Part shown: piece by piece, positions 61,739-64,000 of the stretch
Layout of the letters: the number at the start of each line of letters is the position of its first letter
Position numbering within the stretch: the first letter of the stretch is position 1
Assembly: GCA_043228905.1 (NCBI GenBank)
Contig: JBHGNT010000020.1
Location: forward strand, 13,640,001 to 13,704,000
Length of the DNA stretch: 64,000 nt
Reading direction: 5' to 3'
Source: Azolla caroliniana
Taxonomy: Eukaryota > Plantae > Polypodiophyta
The notes under the pieces: model-generated
What the model was told of the DNA's origin: nothing
Seen by the model: the letters and a program-made list of their open reading frames with translations, nothing else
The model's database searches: none
Translations under genes and position numbers: made by a program

Positions 61739-62817
61739 ACTCAAATTATGGTTTTTTTCTGCTGGACATATAGATATCCCTGGGCACCCCTTCATTGAAG
61801 CTGCCCATGATAATGGACACCGGGAGCGACCTCGTGTGGACGCAGTGTGCGCCTTGCACCTCCTGTTTGGCCCAGAACGCCGCCTTGTTCACGCCCTCCG
61901 CCTCCTCCAGCTACCGTACTCTCCCCTGCTCCACCACCTACTGCCAGAGCCTCTCGGGGAAATGCGCAGCGACCGCTTCGGCCGAATGCATGTACACATA
62001 CAGCTATGCCAGCCAGGCCACTACCCAAGGCACACTTGGGACCGATCGCCTCTCATTCTCCGATGCCTCCTCCAATGGCGGTGCCGCATCCGCGGTGGAC
62101 ATAGCCTTCGGGTGCGGGTACTCCAACCAAGGAGACTACGGAGGTGCAGCCGGCCTCGTGGGCATGGGCCGAAGCCCCCTATCCTTACCTTCCCAGCTAG
62201 GCCCGAGCATCGGGGCCCAGAAATTCTCCTACTGCCTCCTCCCGCAGCCGTCCACCACCTCCACCTGATTGGTCATCGGAGGTCCGGCAGGCCAATCGTC
62301 CTCGGCCAGGATGAGCTTCACCCCGATGATCGCCAACCCGTACATTCCCACGTCCTTCTACTACATCAAGGTGGTCGGCTTCAGCGTGGCCAACCATCGG
62401 CTGAGCCTCCCGGCCGGGATCTTCGACATAGACCAACGAGGACGCGGAGGCACGATCTTAGACTCCGGGACTACATACACACTCATCGCGAAGGACGCGT
62501 TCTCGGTCATCAAGCAAGCATTCGATTCGGCCATCCGGTTGAGCCAGTACACGGAGCACCCTGTCTTCCCGGCTTGCTACGCGTCGGCCTCGGGAGCCTC
62601 CGTGCCGCCCCTCACATTGCATTTGCAAGGGGTGGACATCAGGGTGCCGGTCCCGAATTACTTCATTCCCGGGTACAGCCAAGGGACCTTTTGCTTGGCC
62701 ATGATTCCAATCAATAACGGAGACATTCAGATCGTGGGTAACATGTTGCACCAGAATTTTGAGGTGTTGTATGACCTCGATAATTCTCGCATTGGTTTCC
62801 GACCTCAAGGTTGTTGA
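61224..62817 (+). pseudogene. Nepenthesin/CDR1-like A1 aspartic protease; exons 61224-61667 and 61774-62817; single in-frame TGA at 62266-62268 (pseudogene, null allele, recoded gene or assembly error)
   Basis: Signal peptide, GLFLME|ISLGTP..IMDTGSDLVWTQCAPC, IAFGCG, KFSYCL, GGTILDSGTT and IVGNMLHQNFEVLYDL..RIGF. Both catalytic Asp motifs are intact. Confidence 0.88.
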
Positions 62818-63702
62818 GGTGTTTCCGCCCCATACATTTCTTTCTTGTATTGGTTGGTTGGCTCCATGTGAACAACCCCTTATTTCATTCAACACACACA
62901 ACCCCTTATTACACACACACACACACACACACACACCCCATGGTTATTTAAAACACTACCAAATATCGCCTATTAATTATTTTCATTGGGTTTTTTAAAA
63001 ATAAATATTCGCTTGAATCTCTTCTATGAGGTTCTAGCAATTGTAATCACAATGCCAACCATGATAGTTTGATTGTTCATTTCATTGGTTTTATCATTAT
63101 GTGATTGTAATGGCAAACATTACATACCAAATCAATAATGCCCATAGAAACTCGCCTTTGAACATACTAACACAACACTTGATGGATGAAGAGGTTTCTT
63201 ATCTGAAAATTTATGATGTCCGATGTGTTCCTTATGAATAGAGAACATTATGACATGAGTCTCTATGGCTTTGAGATTGTTGCTTTGTGTTTTGTTGTTG
63301 CGACAATAAAACAATGCACCTTCTTTATAAGTGACACTTACAACTACATACATGGGTCACTTTGTTTGCATGTCTCAAATCATGCTTTGTTTGCATGTTG
63401 ATGATTGGCTTCCTCGAAGATTCAAATGATCGTTTTCACAACCTCAACTCAAGTGTTGAGAGACAATAAACTTCACAAATGGGCCATCTTGTTTATTTGA
63501 TAATTTATATTATTTTCTAACTTTCTCTTGATCCCTCCCTTACTTAATTCCCCTCTTTTTATAGGTGACCCCACATGCATGCGAGGGTACAAGACATGCA
63601 TGTGATGCATGATAGACATCTCGATCATTTGAGCTTTCATGTATGAAAATGAAAATAGGCATGGGACAAGTATGATCATGAAAATATAATTCTAAAACAA
63701 AT

Positions 63703-63945
63703 AACCTAGTCTAGTGGTATATACTTTGTAGTATTGGCATGTAAGGTTGTGGGTTTGAGTCTAGTGGTATATACTTTGTAGTATTGGCATGTAAGGTTGT
63801 GGGTTTGAGTCTCTCAAATGTCACTCAATGTGACAATATTTAAGTCTATTTTTATATCCTTTACTATTTACCTTAAAACAAATAACTTAATCTAGTGGTG
63901 TGCAACTCGCACTTGGTGTGTGAGGTTATGGGTTCAAGTTAAGTC
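63703..63945 (+). mobile_element. Tandem tRNA-derived SINE-like heads (3 copies)
   Basis: A box TAGTCTAGTGGT plus B box GGGTTTGAGTC/GGGTTCAAGTT at about 63707-63760, 63758-63812 and 63888-63940. Confidence 0.65.
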
Positions 63946-64000
63946 TCTAAAATATTATTGAATATAATATTTAAGGACATTTTTATATCGTGAAGGATTT

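Noticed and set aside
62266-62268. Selenocysteine codon
   Set aside because: Land plants lack the Sec machinery, and the position does not align with a Cys.
61836-62717. 293-aa alternative-frame ORF spanning the protease TGA, or a micro-intron removing the stop
   Set aside because: The protease motifs stay in the main frame on both sides of the stop. The nearest GT-AG around it spans about 32 nt, too short and GC-rich for a plant intron.

Overview
Eukaryotic nuclear DNA from a land plant. A fern or other seed-free plant is inferred from the fern-style PLS-PPR remnant, a Tcn1-like chromovirus and a Sola-like transposase. The intergenic DNA is AT-rich and microsatellite-rich. Genes from left to right: KIN17; a 3-exon TauD/clavaminate-synthase-like dioxygenase; PsbW; two potato-inhibitor-I paralogues in a ~3.5 kb tandem duplication; a 7-exon coiled-coil (golgin-like) gene; a divergent GC-rich DTX56-like MATE transporter; a 4-exon orphan gene; and a nepenthesin-like aspartic protease. 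Positions 45.7-60.2 kb hold a transposon nest: a young intact Ty1/copia element with apparently identical LTRs inside a decayed Ty3/gypsy, two chromovirus pieces in opposite orientation, and a decayed Sola-like DNA transposon. Main leads: (1) two otherwise clean GC-rich reading frames each broken by one in-frame TGA that would read Arg if CGA; (2) a tRNA-like Pol III A/B-box cassette inside a chromovirus LTR, resembling tandem SINE heads nearby; (3) gene-specific ~57-65 bp periodic arrays in introns of three unrelated genes; (4) reactive-site divergence between the inhibitor paralogues. All calls were made by eye without database searches.
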